From IMG/VR virus record IMGVR_UViG_3300043177_000122, positions 192,001-256,000 of that record: a stretch of 64,000 nucleotides of DNA; one strand, written 5' to 3'. Made by a program: the position numbers and the translations under genes. This document shows, one piece after another, positions 9,958 to 20,205 of this stretch. Each line of letters opens with the position of its first letter. The stretch's first letter is position 1. The stretch is from a virus. Taxonomy: Duplodnaviria > Caudoviricetes. A model generated the notes under the pieces. The model searched no databases. It was not told the origin of the DNA and worked only from the letters and a program-made list of their open reading frames with translations.

Positions 9958-10731
9958 ATGAAACTCCGTGAACTGCTTCAAGAGATGAAGAGAGTCCAAA
10001 CGAATATAGGCGCTTCAACGCCGTATATTTGCGGAGGTACGCCTAGAGATAAGTATATGGGCAAGCTAGAAAACATTGCAGATATAGATATTACTACTGG
10101 TGATAAAACAGTTGACTATTTATCACAAGAATTTTATCTTAATTTGCGAAAGAAATTTAATGTGACTCGTAAAACTATGGAAGATGGACATAGTACCATT
10201 TTTATTGGTAGTTTAAAAGTTGATTTCTCATCTAATTTTAATGCACCAAATATCGATCAAGAGCTTGCTAAAATAGGAATTGCCAATCCTACTAATATGC
10301 AGCGTGAAATGTTTAGTCGTGATTTTACTTGTAATACATTATTGCTTTCTACCGATCTTAAACAACTTGTAGATCCAACTAAAAGAGGGTTCAAAGATAT
10401 TAAAGAAAAGAAAATAAGAACCTGTTTGGCCCCAGAAATAACTTTAACATCCAATAGAAATAGAGTGGTTAGAGCAATCTATTTAGCTTGTAAGTTAGAT
10501 TTTGATCTAGATGAATCAATTATTGAATTTGTACGTAAACATCCTGATTCAGTTAAGATCTCTACCGAGAAAGCGATGAATGATAAGTTAAATGAAGCTT
10601 TCTCAAGAAACCCAGAAAAGGCTGCCGTTCTTATCACTCAAATGAATATATGGAGCTATATTCCAATTACAGAAAAAGTATATCCATACTATATGAAGCA
10701 GGTAAAAGGGAAAATCAATGTCAAGAAATAA
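9958..10731 (+). CDS. Class II (CCA/poly(A) polymerase family) nucleotidyltransferase, divergent
   Basis: ICGGTPRD, DIDITT, SRDFTCNTL, RVVRAIY; REMFSRD replaces EDxxRRD. Confidence 0.8.
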   Translation: MKLRELLQEMKRVQTNIGASTPYICGGTPRDKYMGKLENIADIDITTGDKTVDYLSQEFYLNLRKKFNVTRKTMEDGHSTIFIGSLKVDFSSNFNAPNIDQELAKIGIANPTNMQREMFSRDFTCNTLLLSTDLKQLVDPTKRGFKDIKEKKIRTCLAPEITLTSNRNRVVRAIYLACKLDFDLDESIIEFVRKHPDSVKISTEKAMNDKLNEAFSRNPEKAAVLITQMNIWSYIPITEKVYPYYMKQVKGKINVKK

Positions 10732-11554
10732 GCAAGCTTATTTCCAGGGTGGTGGCGGGGTAAATGAACCTGAGCCAAAGAAAAAGAAGTATAAGTCCGA
10801 GCCGGCTATTGTAGTTCAACCAAGGTTCAAGGAGCCGCTTTATCGCAATTACGATTTATACAATACTCCCGGCGAGCACGGCCCAGGTGCTGGTTGGCAT
10901 GATATGGAAAAGTATAAAAGCATCGACGAATTTTTAAAAGCCAAAAGAAAGAAGCTCAAGGATAAGTATAAGGCCAACGACTCTTGGATCCAGGACGATA
11001 ATTCTAAAATAAAGAAAAACCCAAACATTAAAGCTAGAGCAGCTATTTTTGAGGAAATCATTAAAACAGCTAGAATGCCGGGCATGGGAATTTACCATAC
11101 ACTTCGTAGAAAATTTGGTCCTACCAGAAGAGAAATTCTGGAGTATCTTGAATCAATGGATGAAAACAATATTGATTTTCCAATTGATGAACAAATTGAT
11201 AGTGAAATGATAGGCTCAAGCATTGATGATGTTAACAATAATCCAGTGGGTAATAGTAATTTAACTGGTGGTAAATTGGATGAATATCTTCCTAAAAATG
11301 ATTTTGAGGGCAAGCATCCTACTACTTTAAATTTTGGCAGAGATTATTCTGAGGAGTCTATTCCTAATAATGAGGTCCTTGAAAAACTTATTAATAAGTA
11401 TCTATCTTCATCGGAGCCAGACTTATTTGGTTTACCAAACGGCATTGATCCTAATTCTGATTTAGATGCTGAGAAGACTATGGATACGGAAGAACCATTC
11501 AAAGGGACATCCGATATTGGTACGGATATGTATAGAGATAATTGGGTTATCTAA
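10718..11554 (+). CDS. Hypothetical protein beginning with the KQAYFQGGGGVNEP module
   Basis: N-terminus shared with two internal repeats of 23039..26707. Confidence 0.65.
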   Translation: MSRNKQAYFQGGGGVNEPEPKKKKYKSEPAIVVQPRFKEPLYRNYDLYNTPGEHGPGAGWHDMEKYKSIDEFLKAKRKKLKDKYKANDSWIQDDNSKIKKNPNIKARAAIFEEIIKTARMPGMGIYHTLRRKFGPTRREILEYLESMDENNIDFPIDEQIDSEMIGSSIDDVNNNPVGNSNLTGGKLDEYLPKNDFEGKHPTTLNFGRDYSEESIPNNEVLEKLINKYLSSSEPDLFGLPNGIDPNSDLDAEKTMDTEEPFKGTSDIGTDMYRDNWVI

Positions 11555-11621
11555 AACCAACTATTATCATTGCATACAACCGCATATTATCATATAAAGA
11601 AAGCACTCTAGAGGTACCTAA

Positions 11622-12692
11622 ATGACTTTACAATCCACAGCACAACAGCTATACGTCATAGACCCGATCTCCCCGGCGTCACAGCTACCGGCCCATGACG
11701 AACATTCAGTAGTAGCTATTCCTGCGCATTTTGATCATGGTGGCGAAGAAGAGCTTATGAGTGGACCGCTTGAAGTAACAGAACCTGGCGAAATTGAAAT
11801 TGTCGTAGAAAAAATTCCAGGTGCTCCAGATGGCCCAGATCCAGTTATTGAAGTTGCTGATGAGTCAATTCATGTTGAGGATAATGAGCCAAAGAAAGAA
11901 TCTGAAAAAGATGAGAAGGGTAGCAAATGGAATTGGTCTAAACACGGTCCGCATGGATTTGTGGCTTGGGTTAAAGAAAGACTTGATTCCGTTCCAAAGC
12001 ATTCCGGGTATGATAGTGCTGGGCTAGAACGCGCTATGGCATATATGGAAAAACTTGATAGTGAAATTTCTAAGGCCATGAGAATGGATCTTGATTCTGA
12101 ATTGGATGCTAACCAAGTAGAAAAAATTCGTACTCAACTCGATGATGGCCTTGCTCGTTTACGTGATCGTCTAGAGAAGGTTAAGGATTCAAAAAAGTCT
12201 TCCAAGAAGCGCAAGAAGAGCGCACAAGAATTACAACCACAAATCGACAAAGTTCTTGAAAAGTATGCAGATGAAGATTTGCAAGCCTGGGTAGAAGATA
12301 CTGGTGTTCCAGGTGAAGAATGGGATGCAAAAAAAGTAATCATTCAATTAGCTAACGATGGTTTTGAGCCAGGTTTTGAAGGAACTAATATCATTAAAGA
12401 GGCACAAAAGATTACCGGAGTTCAAGGCGTTTATGTTACCGTTCCTCTTTTGATCTCTAGAGTGGCACGTGTTTGCATTAATGGTACTATTTCTGCTGGA
12501 CATGATATTGAAGATTTATACAAGCGTCAAGTGGCTAAGTATAAGTTAGACGATCGTGAACAAGCAGAAGTCAGACAGCTATTATGTGATATGGGCTATC
12601 CACTTCGTGAGGACCGCGGTTTCTTTCCAGATGATGATCTAGAGGTTTGGGACAGCGACAATATGGATTGGTCCGCAAACTACAAGGCATAA
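11622..12692 (+). CDS. Hypothetical acidic protein, putative inner-head
   Basis: GAGG SD; STA/Q and IIKEA/Q motifs. Confidence 0.6.
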   Translation: MTLQSTAQQLYVIDPISPASQLPAHDEHSVVAIPAHFDHGGEEELMSGPLEVTEPGEIEIVVEKIPGAPDGPDPVIEVADESIHVEDNEPKKESEKDEKGSKWNWSKHGPHGFVAWVKERLDSVPKHSGYDSAGLERAMAYMEKLDSEISKAMRMDLDSELDANQVEKIRTQLDDGLARLRDRLEKVKDSKKSSKKRKKSAQELQPQIDKVLEKYADEDLQAWVEDTGVPGEEWDAKKVIIQLANDGFEPGFEGTNIIKEAQKITGVQGVYVTVPLLISRVARVCINGTISAGHDIEDLYKRQVAKYKLDDREQAEVRQLLCDMGYPLREDRGFFPDDDLEVWDSDNMDWSANYKA

Positions 12693-12693
12693 A

Positions 12694-13353
12694 ATGACTA
12701 AAAATTACAGGCGCCAAGGTGTTGTTAATAGACAATCTGATGAGTCATATAGTGAGGATCATTGGTTAAAAGAGTTTGAAAATAAACTTCAAAAGACCAG
12801 TGTTCAGCCTCGTGGTCAGAGTCTGTATGATCAAATTAGTTCAATCATGAACTCTAAATCTAAATATCCATCAGTACAAGCTGCTGTTGATGATATGATG
12901 CACCGTAGTGGATTAACAGCCTATCTAGAAAATGTAAAAACTTCTACTGAAGAAGCCTCTGATAAACCAAAAAAGATTGCACAAGATAATCAACAGGCTA
13001 AGCACACGCATGAACATAAAAATAAGCCTTCCCTTAAAATTTTAGAGAAGATTCCTGGCCTCAAACGTACTCTTGAGAATATTATTAAAGAGACCAGAGG
13101 TAACATGCCAATCTCAGCGGTTGTAGCCCGCTTGCAATCATTGCATTCTAGAGATACATCTGATGAATCTATTTGGGATGATGATGAGTTGTTGCGTTTA
13201 ATTAGTCACTGTAATCTAGAAGCTAAAAAATCTAACCCTGGTGTGTTTGAAAATTTTGATAATCTTGGCCAAACAGATCATGGTAGCAATGAATCAGACA
13301 TTGATGCCTCAAATACTGATGCTTTCAACGCATTAATGCCTGCCAAAATTTAA
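12694..13353 (+). CDS. Hypothetical protein
   Basis: 219-aa ORF in operon; PKKIA/Q. Confidence 0.6.
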   Translation: MTKNYRRQGVVNRQSDESYSEDHWLKEFENKLQKTSVQPRGQSLYDQISSIMNSKSKYPSVQAAVDDMMHRSGLTAYLENVKTSTEEASDKPKKIAQDNQQAKHTHEHKNKPSLKILEKIPGLKRTLENIIKETRGNMPISAVVARLQSLHSRDTSDESIWDDDELLRLISHCNLEAKKSNPGVFENFDNLGQTDHGSNESDIDASNTDAFNALMPAKI

Positions 13354-13921
13354 GTTGCTTTGCACTTACCCGGCCTGTTTTTTCAGGTTCTGAAGGATAT
13401 TTTTCATTCCACAACTTACTATATTTACAGTTGTAACATAATAGCTTTTTGTCTTTAGTAATATTGAGGTGTTCAACCTTATCACTATTACATATTTGAC
13501 AACATCCACCATAGTATTTGACTAGTTTGTGTCTGTAGGATTCGGCATATTTGTTTTTGAAAACTTTACCATATCTGCAATTGTAACATAACACCTGATA
13601 TCCACTTTTTAATACGATATTGTTATACAGATAATTGATGTCTCCATTGATTGTTAACTTAGTATACTCATCTTCGCCACAATTTACGCAAGCATTACCA
13701 TAAGCAAAAATAACAGCACTTCGTTTCATACGATAGCGGCCGTTTTGTTTTTTAGAGTAGTTTGGATCTGATTGATGATATTTTTGATCCACGATTTTAC
13801 GACAAGGCTTGCAGATATAATATCCCTTCTTTTTGTCGCTATTGGCCCGGTTTTTAGGTGACAATGAAATGCCACATTTGAGGCATCCGCGTTTTCTTCG
13901 TTTTTTCGTGGAAGCAATCAT
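13325..13921 (-). mobile_element. HNH/zinc-finger homing endonuclease-like gene, free-standing upstream of terL
   Basis: CLKC, CKPC, CVNC...LCYNC, CQIC...LCYNC; antisense to operon. Confidence 0.6.
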
Positions 13922-13944
13922 ACTGAATATACGATCATTTTAGT

Positions 13945-15828
13945 ATGCCAAATTTAAATATAGAGAACAAAGAAATTTTTGAGAAGATGAAGAAACAACT
14001 TCTCATGATGGATCCGGTATCATTTTGCGAAGCCAACTTAACTTTAGATGGTGAACCATTCTCACTCACAAGCAATGGGTACAAGCCCTTCAGTGATATC
14101 TACAGATACATTGGGATCAAAGCATTAGAGAAAGATTCCAAACCAGTTATTCTAGTAAAGGGACGTCAGGTGGGAGCTACTACCATGGCAAGTGCTCTTG
14201 AGATGTATTTTATGGGATCTGGTTTGTTTGGAGATGGATTCCGTCCACCAATTCGTGTCATTCATGCATTTCCTCAGTTAGAACTGGCGGCAGCCTATTC
14301 AAAAACTAAACTTCAACAAATGATTGCTCAGGCTAAGATTCCTGAAGGTACGCCAGAAAACAAATCATCTCGTCCAAAGTCTTTCATGCAACAATTGCTT
14401 GATACTACAACTCCGACTAATGACTCCTTGCATTTTAAGCAGTTTATGGGAGGAAACCACTTGTGGATTGAGTCTACTGGTGTAGATGCTGACAGAATCA
14501 TGGGTCGTACTGCTGATATTCTTTTCTTTGATGAAGTGCAGAAAACAACAAGTGTAGCTATTGGAAATGCTCTTAAGATTTTAACCAACGCTAAGTATGG
14601 TAAGCCTACTAAGGGTGTACAGGTATTTTTCGGAACGCCTCGTCGTAAAGGTTCAGATTACCATAAGATGTGGCAATCTTCTTCCCAACAGTATTATTAT
14701 CTTGGATGTGGGAAATGTAAAGAGTATTTCCCACTTTATACTCCAGGCTCTGATGACTGGGAAAAAGTTTGGATTTATGGTATGACTGTTAAATGTACAC
14801 ACTGCGGTCATGAACAAAATAAACTAGAAGCTCAGGAGCGTGGTAAGTGGGTTGCACTTAAGGATCCTAATGATCCAGATTGTGCTATGGTTGGATTTCA
14901 TATCAATCAGCTTTACATGCCTAAATTTACTAGAGAGGATATTGAAAAAGAAAAACCAGGTAAACATCCAATCAATACAGAGCGCGTATTTCAAAATGAA
15001 GTTTTGGGAGAGTTTTATCAAGGCGATGCGACACCAATGTCTCCAGAAGATATTCGTGTTAACTGTGCCGATTTTGAAAGAAAATTTAGTCCTCGCATCA
15101 TGTCTCCAAAAGGTATGACACAGTATTTAACTGTTCTTGGAATAGACTATGGCGCCCGTTCAGATTTAGAACAATTAGCTGATCCAGAAAAAGTTAGACC
15201 AGCAGGGCAGTCATATAGTACTGCCGTTGTTTTGCAAACCAAAGGTCCAAGTATATTGTCAATTGAGTTTGCAACTAAATTCAAACGTAATGATATTGAG
15301 GGCAAGAAAGGCCTCATTGATCAGCTAATGAGACAATACAGCATTCAATTAGCTATTGGAGATATTGGTTATTCTAATGACTTTTCTGCGCTACTTCATA
15401 ATACATATGGAGATAGATACTTAGTATCACGTGCCCATAATAAGGTAAATGAGCATGTTAAGTTTAATCACGAAGCATTTCCAAAAGAAATCATTTTTGA
15501 AAGAGACTTTTATATTAGCGAACTCTACGATCAGATGAAAAAAGGATTGATTAGATTTCCTTATGGAGATTATGAAAAAGTTGCGTGGTTAATTGATCAT
15601 TGTTGTAGTATGGAATTAAAGCCTTCTATTTCTAAATATGGTGATCATACTGTACATTATGTTAAAGGCGGCACACCAAATGACGGATTTATGGCACTAT
15701 TGAACGCTTATTTGGCATTTAAATTCCTAGTAAGTAGAGGATTTACAAATAATAACCCTACATTGCATAATACTAAAAACCTGACCAAACCCATGGTAAT
15801 GACTGGATATGTTCCTAGGAAATTCTAA
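13945..15828 (+). CDS. terL: Terminase large subunit (lambda GpA-like with zinc insert)
   Basis: VKGRQVGATT (Walker A), LFFDE (Walker B), FFGTP, CGKC/CTHC, VLGIDYG nuclease motif. Confidence 0.9.
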   Translation: MPNLNIENKEIFEKMKKQLLMMDPVSFCEANLTLDGEPFSLTSNGYKPFSDIYRYIGIKALEKDSKPVILVKGRQVGATTMASALEMYFMGSGLFGDGFRPPIRVIHAFPQLELAAAYSKTKLQQMIAQAKIPEGTPENKSSRPKSFMQQLLDTTTPTNDSLHFKQFMGGNHLWIESTGVDADRIMGRTADILFFDEVQKTTSVAIGNALKILTNAKYGKPTKGVQVFFGTPRRKGSDYHKMWQSSSQQYYYLGCGKCKEYFPLYTPGSDDWEKVWIYGMTVKCTHCGHEQNKLEAQERGKWVALKDPNDPDCAMVGFHINQLYMPKFTREDIEKEKPGKHPINTERVFQNEVLGEFYQGDATPMSPEDIRVNCADFERKFSPRIMSPKGMTQYLTVLGIDYGARSDLEQLADPEKVRPAGQSYSTAVVLQTKGPSILSIEFATKFKRNDIEGKKGLIDQLMRQYSIQLAIGDIGYSNDFSALLHNTYGDRYLVSRAHNKVNEHVKFNHEAFPKEIIFERDFYISELYDQMKKGLIRFPYGDYEKVAWLIDHCCSMELKPSISKYGDHTVHYVKGGTPNDGFMALLNAYLAFKFLVSRGFTNNNPTLHNTKNLTKPMVMTGYVPRKF

Positions 15829-15906
15829 AGCTACCTAAATATTGAGCTTTACTGATATATCATATTTAGTGTATTCTAGTAGAGGGTATAGTGGAACAGA
15901 GGTTAC

Positions 15907-17790
15907 ATGGCTGGCATTAAAAAATCAGGATTAGGAGAACATCCGTCCTTTTCAGCGAAGTTCTTACAGGGTAGATCCACAATTCCTCAAGTAAGTGCTA
16001 TTATGGCACAAGGTGTTTCTGGTGAAAGAAGAATAATTCTTTCAGATGAAGTAGATCAAGGTTATTTTAGAGATGGCTCAGGACCAAATATTAATAAGAT
16101 GTCTGCTAATATGCCGACCAATGCTTCTAACGTAGCATTTTCTGTTGGTATGAAGAAAAATGCTCAAGCTGTTAGCAGTTCTGGCGGCATGTTTCGTGGC
16201 ATTCATGGAGATTCTGTTAAACAAACTCCTGAAGTTTATTCTCCTCTTTGGCTAAATTCTAATTTAAATCTACCTCGTGATAGAGCTACCATTAACGCGT
16301 GGTGCCGCAGCTTTTTTGCTTTGAATCCATTTGTGCATAATGCTATTAGTTTGCATAGCACATACCCTATTAGTAAGCTATCTATCAAATGCCCCAACAA
16401 GGATATTGAAAAATTCTTCGATGACATGATCGAAGAAATTGATTTAATGAATATCTGTGTACAAATAGCTCAAGAATATTGGCTTTTAGGAGAAGCATTC
16501 GTTTATGCAGAACTGGATGAAGGTAAAGGTAAGTGGAGTCGCCTACACATTCAAAATCCAGATTTCATGATCGTTAAGCGTACCGTCGTAGCTAGCGAAC
16601 CAATCATCATGTTGCGCCCCGATGAGAATCTCAAAAAAATCATTTTTTCTAATCGTCCAACCGACATTGAGCAACGTAAGCAGCTTAACCAGCATATTAT
16701 TGACTCAGTTAGACGTGGTGAAAATATTCAACTAGATAATTTCCATGTATCACACTTGGCTCGTAGAATCAGTCCTTATGAAATTAGAGGTACTGGACTT
16801 CCAGTTTGTATTTTTCGTCAGTTGATGCTTTTCGATAAGCTACGTGAATCTAAATATGCTCAATCTGATAATATGATTAATCCATTGACTTTGGTTAAGA
16901 TTGGTTCGGCAGATTATAAACCAACTTTTGCCGATCTTGAAGCTTGGAGAAGTGTATTTGAAGAAGCACAATATGACAAAGACTTCAAAATTTTTACCCA
17001 TGAGGGTGTAGCAGTTGAAAGAGTGGGTTGGGGTCAGGGCATCTATGATATCTCTGGTGATATTACCCAAATACTTAAAGAAGTATTTATTGGTTTATTC
17101 GTTCCACCAGTTATGATGGATGGTGGTGATACAACCACTTATGCTAATGCAGGTGTTGCTTTGGACATTCTACGTCAAAGATATATGCAATTCCGTAATA
17201 TGATGTCTATTTGGCTAAAGAATAAGATTTTTGCACCAATTTCTAAAATCCAAGGATTTTATGATTACTCTGGCGGTGAGAAACAACTTATTGTTCCAGA
17301 AATTGACTGGAATCACATGTCTCTATTTGATGCAGGTGATTACATCAATAGCTTAATTACATTATCTCAAGGACAAGCTGACCAAAAGAGAGTTTCTATT
17401 CATACTCTTTACCGTTCATTGGGTCTTGAATATGAAGATGAAGTACGCAAGATGCGTAAAGAAAATATTCAGAATGCAATTGCTAAGAAAGAAATTGCAG
17501 CTCTAGATCAATTAGATCTTAATGCTCTTCGTGCGCTGGATGATGAGGATGAAATCCCAGAACCAAAACAACCGGGTGCAGGACAAGAGCAGCCAGTGCC
17601 AGGAGAATCTTCAGGCGGAGCACCAGGCGGATTACCAGATTTGGGTCTACCAGGAGGCGCCCCACCTCCCCCACCACCTCCAGGCGGTGGCCCACCTCCT
17701 CCACCACCTCCAGCAAGCCCTCCAGCAAGCCCTCCAGCAGGCGGTCCTCCAGCAGGTGGCGAAGCTCCCCCACCCCCGCCTCCAGCATAA
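15907..17790 (+). CDS. Portal protein with polyproline C-terminal tail
   Basis: Directly after terL; HLARRISPYEIRGTGLP clip-like motif; size; GAGG SD. Confidence 0.8.
   Translation: MAGIKKSGLGEHPSFSAKFLQGRSTIPQVSAIMAQGVSGERRIILSDEVDQGYFRDGSGPNINKMSANMPTNASNVAFSVGMKKNAQAVSSSGGMFRGIHGDSVKQTPEVYSPLWLNSNLNLPRDRATINAWCRSFFALNPFVHNAISLHSTYPISKLSIKCPNKDIEKFFDDMIEEIDLMNICVQIAQEYWLLGEAFVYAELDEGKGKWSRLHIQNPDFMIVKRTVVASEPIIMLRPDENLKKIIFSNRPTDIEQRKQLNQHIIDSVRRGENIQLDNFHVSHLARRISPYEIRGTGLPVCIFRQLMLFDKLRESKYAQSDNMINPLTLVKIGSADYKPTFADLEAWRSVFEEAQYDKDFKIFTHEGVAVERVGWGQGIYDISGDITQILKEVFIGLFVPPVMMDGGDTTTYANAGVALDILRQRYMQFRNMMSIWLKNKIFAPISKIQGFYDYSGGEKQLIVPEIDWNHMSLFDAGDYINSLITLSQGQADQKRVSIHTLYRSLGLEYEDEVRKMRKENIQNAIAKKEIAALDQLDLNALRALDDEDEIPEPKQPGAGQEQPVPGESSGGAPGGLPDLGLPGGAPPPPPPPGGGPPPPPPPASPPASPPAGGPPAGGEAPPPPPPA
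17707..17757 (+). repeat. 12-bp tandem coding repeat (CCTCCAGCAAGC x2, then two variants)
   Basis: Encodes PPAS/PPAG units in portal tail. Confidence 0.85.
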
Positions 17791-17869
17791 TCTAATTCAA
17801 TTGAATAACCCTCTATTTGTGAATAATCTAGCATTGTTTTAGTTATTGCGCACAAGTAGAGGGTTTTCC

Positions 17870-19171
17870 ATGGATAAATTAGCTCAAAGCAAAAGACAAA
17901 CAGGTCGAGGCTTCTTCAACAAAGTACGTGAAGTTGCTAATAAACCTACTGGTTTTTTGGAAGGCATTTTTAAGCCTGAATTAGACCGAGTAATGACCGC
18001 TCTCAATGATCTAGATGATCGTATTCGTTCTGAAATTACAGGTACAAAAATTGGTAGAGCTGAAGAGCCAGCTATTAAAATGTCCGGCAAAGACCTATTA
18101 AAAGAATCTCGTAAGGCTTTTAATAGAAGAGAGTACATCACTGGCGTTTCTGATTTAGCCATGTTCCATAAAAAGATACAAAACATGGTAAATGAGATTG
18201 ATAAGTTTTTTGTCGATGTAAATAAAATACATCACAAATTTTTATTCCAAGGTGTTAATGAAGATAAGATAAAGCAACTTCGTGAACACATGGAGCCGAA
18301 GGCTGCATCTCTTATTGCCGATCAATTACTCAAAGAGGCTGGTCTTATTGATGATATTGTAAACATTGTTTCTAAGCGTGGTCGTGGATTGGCTGCTTAT
18401 GAGAAAACTTATCCAAAAGAGACTAAAGATCTTCGTGATATTGGTCTCAATGTATTAAGCCAAGCTGATACACTATTAGAAACTGTTATTGCTTCTCTTA
18501 AAGAAATGGCCACCGCACGCGCCACTCGTAGTCCAGATGATTATATGAATGCTGGTCATAAAATTAAATCAGCTTTTGCTAAGTTTGACAAATCATTTAA
18601 AATGTACTACCAAGAGGCAGTATTACCTTGGATGAAAATTAAGGATGATGTTGAAAAGCAAATTGCTCAACAGAAACAGCAATCAACTAATGTATCAAAT
18701 ATTGGCAAGACTGAATTAGGCGTTGATATGCCAGGGCCACCTCCAACAACTCCTGGCGGAGGATCTCCTGTTGCACAGCCGGTTCCTGTTCCGAATGCCA
18801 CCCCTACTCCAGTAGCAAATCCAAATGATCAGGCACCAGATACTCAAAGAACTCCATTTGTACCGCCAACAGATCCTAAAACTAACCCATTTCTAACACC
18901 AGCAGATTCTCAACATGATCCATTTGCGAAGGCTGAGCAGTCAAAGATTCGTATTGCTCCTATTGAGCCTCCTAAAGTTAGAGCGTCCCCCGTTAATCCG
19001 CCAAAAGTTAGGGTGGCCCACGCTAATTTCTATAAATCATTAGAATCAATGAGTAATGAGGACCCTCGCATTTTGTGCGCTTATATTGCTAAGTATGCAA
19101 GGTCTATTCAAGGAGATGACCCAGAAACAGCGATTAAGTTATTTTCTGTTGTTAAGCAATTGAAAGGCTAA
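17870..19171 (+). CDS. Hypothetical protein, putative inner-head
   Basis: GAGG SD before ATG 17870; MDKLA/Q, LLKEA/G; Pro-rich linker. Confidence 0.65.
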   Translation: MDKLAQSKRQTGRGFFNKVREVANKPTGFLEGIFKPELDRVMTALNDLDDRIRSEITGTKIGRAEEPAIKMSGKDLLKESRKAFNRREYITGVSDLAMFHKKIQNMVNEIDKFFVDVNKIHHKFLFQGVNEDKIKQLREHMEPKAASLIADQLLKEAGLIDDIVNIVSKRGRGLAAYEKTYPKETKDLRDIGLNVLSQADTLLETVIASLKEMATARATRSPDDYMNAGHKIKSAFAKFDKSFKMYYQEAVLPWMKIKDDVEKQIAQQKQQSTNVSNIGKTELGVDMPGPPPTTPGGGSPVAQPVPVPNATPTPVANPNDQAPDTQRTPFVPPTDPKTNPFLTPADSQHDPFAKAEQSKIRIAPIEPPKVRASPVNPPKVRVAHANFYKSLESMSNEDPRILCAYIAKYARSIQGDDPETAIKLFSVVKQLKG

Positions 19172-19180
19172 GGGAGAGTT

Positions 19181-20197
19181 ATGGGAAAACAAGTACCTAA
19201 GACTAGTACACCAGTCTCAGATACGCAAATGGCACAGGCAATCATTAATGTCTGGAAGCGTTTGTTTGGTACAGCTCCGTCTAAAGAACAGGTGTATATT
19301 ATTATGGCTCAAAACGCTATTGAAACTGGTCGTAATAGAAAGGCTATGCATAACTATAATGTTGGTAATATTATAGTTGGTAATACAGATCATGATTATT
19401 TTGTAGGTGGTGATTGGATGTATGCTGATAAATCGCAAACCACCAAAAAGAAAATTACTCAGAAATTCAGAGCATATAATACTCTAGAAGAGGGTGTGGC
19501 AGATTATCTTAATTTACTAAGTAAGAGTAAACGTTATGCTACATCTTGGCAACATATTCTTCATCCAGATATTCGCGCTTATTCAAAAGCCCTCCATGAC
19601 GCTGGGTATTATGGAGCTAAAGAAGAAGAATATACTAAAGGGTTATTAGGGCAATTTAGTAGTTTTAATAAAGGAACCTCATATTCTTCTGCAATGTCCG
19701 GTGATAAGACCCAACCACCGGCAATGATTGCGAAACAAGATACAAGTGATACAGGCTTTATGAACTTGCTAAATCAATTTCTCGCTCAATTTAGGAAAGC
19801 TGCAACCAATTACAATCTAAAAAAATTGTATAAAGCGGCAATGCCAACCCATGATATTTTAATCAAGATATCAGCGCCAGATCGCGTTAGTGCAGTGGAA
19901 TTCTCTCAAATTCTTTGTACCGCTTTAGAAGAAGACTTACTTGCAACTACATATCCATATACTGATGGTCGTGAAGTAGAAGTTGAATGTTCCATCTCTG
20001 GCCCAGAGAAAGAATGTTTTGCGGCAGTAAAGCAAATGTCAGAGGCTATCTCTGAAGCATTTAAGGATGCTACATCTAAAATTGGTGGAATTACTATTGA
20101 AACTAAACCGATTATGAATAAAAAGTCATCTTATCAACCTATTAGCCCAAGAAGCGCTGATACCAACCACAGGAACTTCCTGCTTAAATTTATTTAA
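19181..20197 (+). CDS. GH73/FlgJ-like glucosaminidase (peptidoglycan hydrolase) with C-terminal extension
   Basis: MAQNAIETG, HNYNVGNI, KFRAYNTLEEGVADY, GYYGA. Confidence 0.75.
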   Translation: MGKQVPKTSTPVSDTQMAQAIINVWKRLFGTAPSKEQVYIIMAQNAIETGRNRKAMHNYNVGNIIVGNTDHDYFVGGDWMYADKSQTTKKKITQKFRAYNTLEEGVADYLNLLSKSKRYATSWQHILHPDIRAYSKALHDAGYYGAKEEEYTKGLLGQFSSFNKGTSYSSAMSGDKTQPPAMIAKQDTSDTGFMNLLNQFLAQFRKAATNYNLKKLYKAAMPTHDILIKISAPDRVSAVEFSQILCTALEEDLLATTYPYTDGREVEVECSISGPEKECFAAVKQMSEAISEAFKDATSKIGGITIETKPIMNKKSSYQPISPRSADTNHRNFLLKFI

Positions 20198-20205
20198 GGA
20201 ACAAG

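Noticed and set aside
10730-10756. QAYFQ/G resembles the TEV protease site ENLYFQ/G
   Set aside because: No 3C-like Cys protease in the window; the second repeat reads EAYWQG; the K-x-A reading explains many more sites
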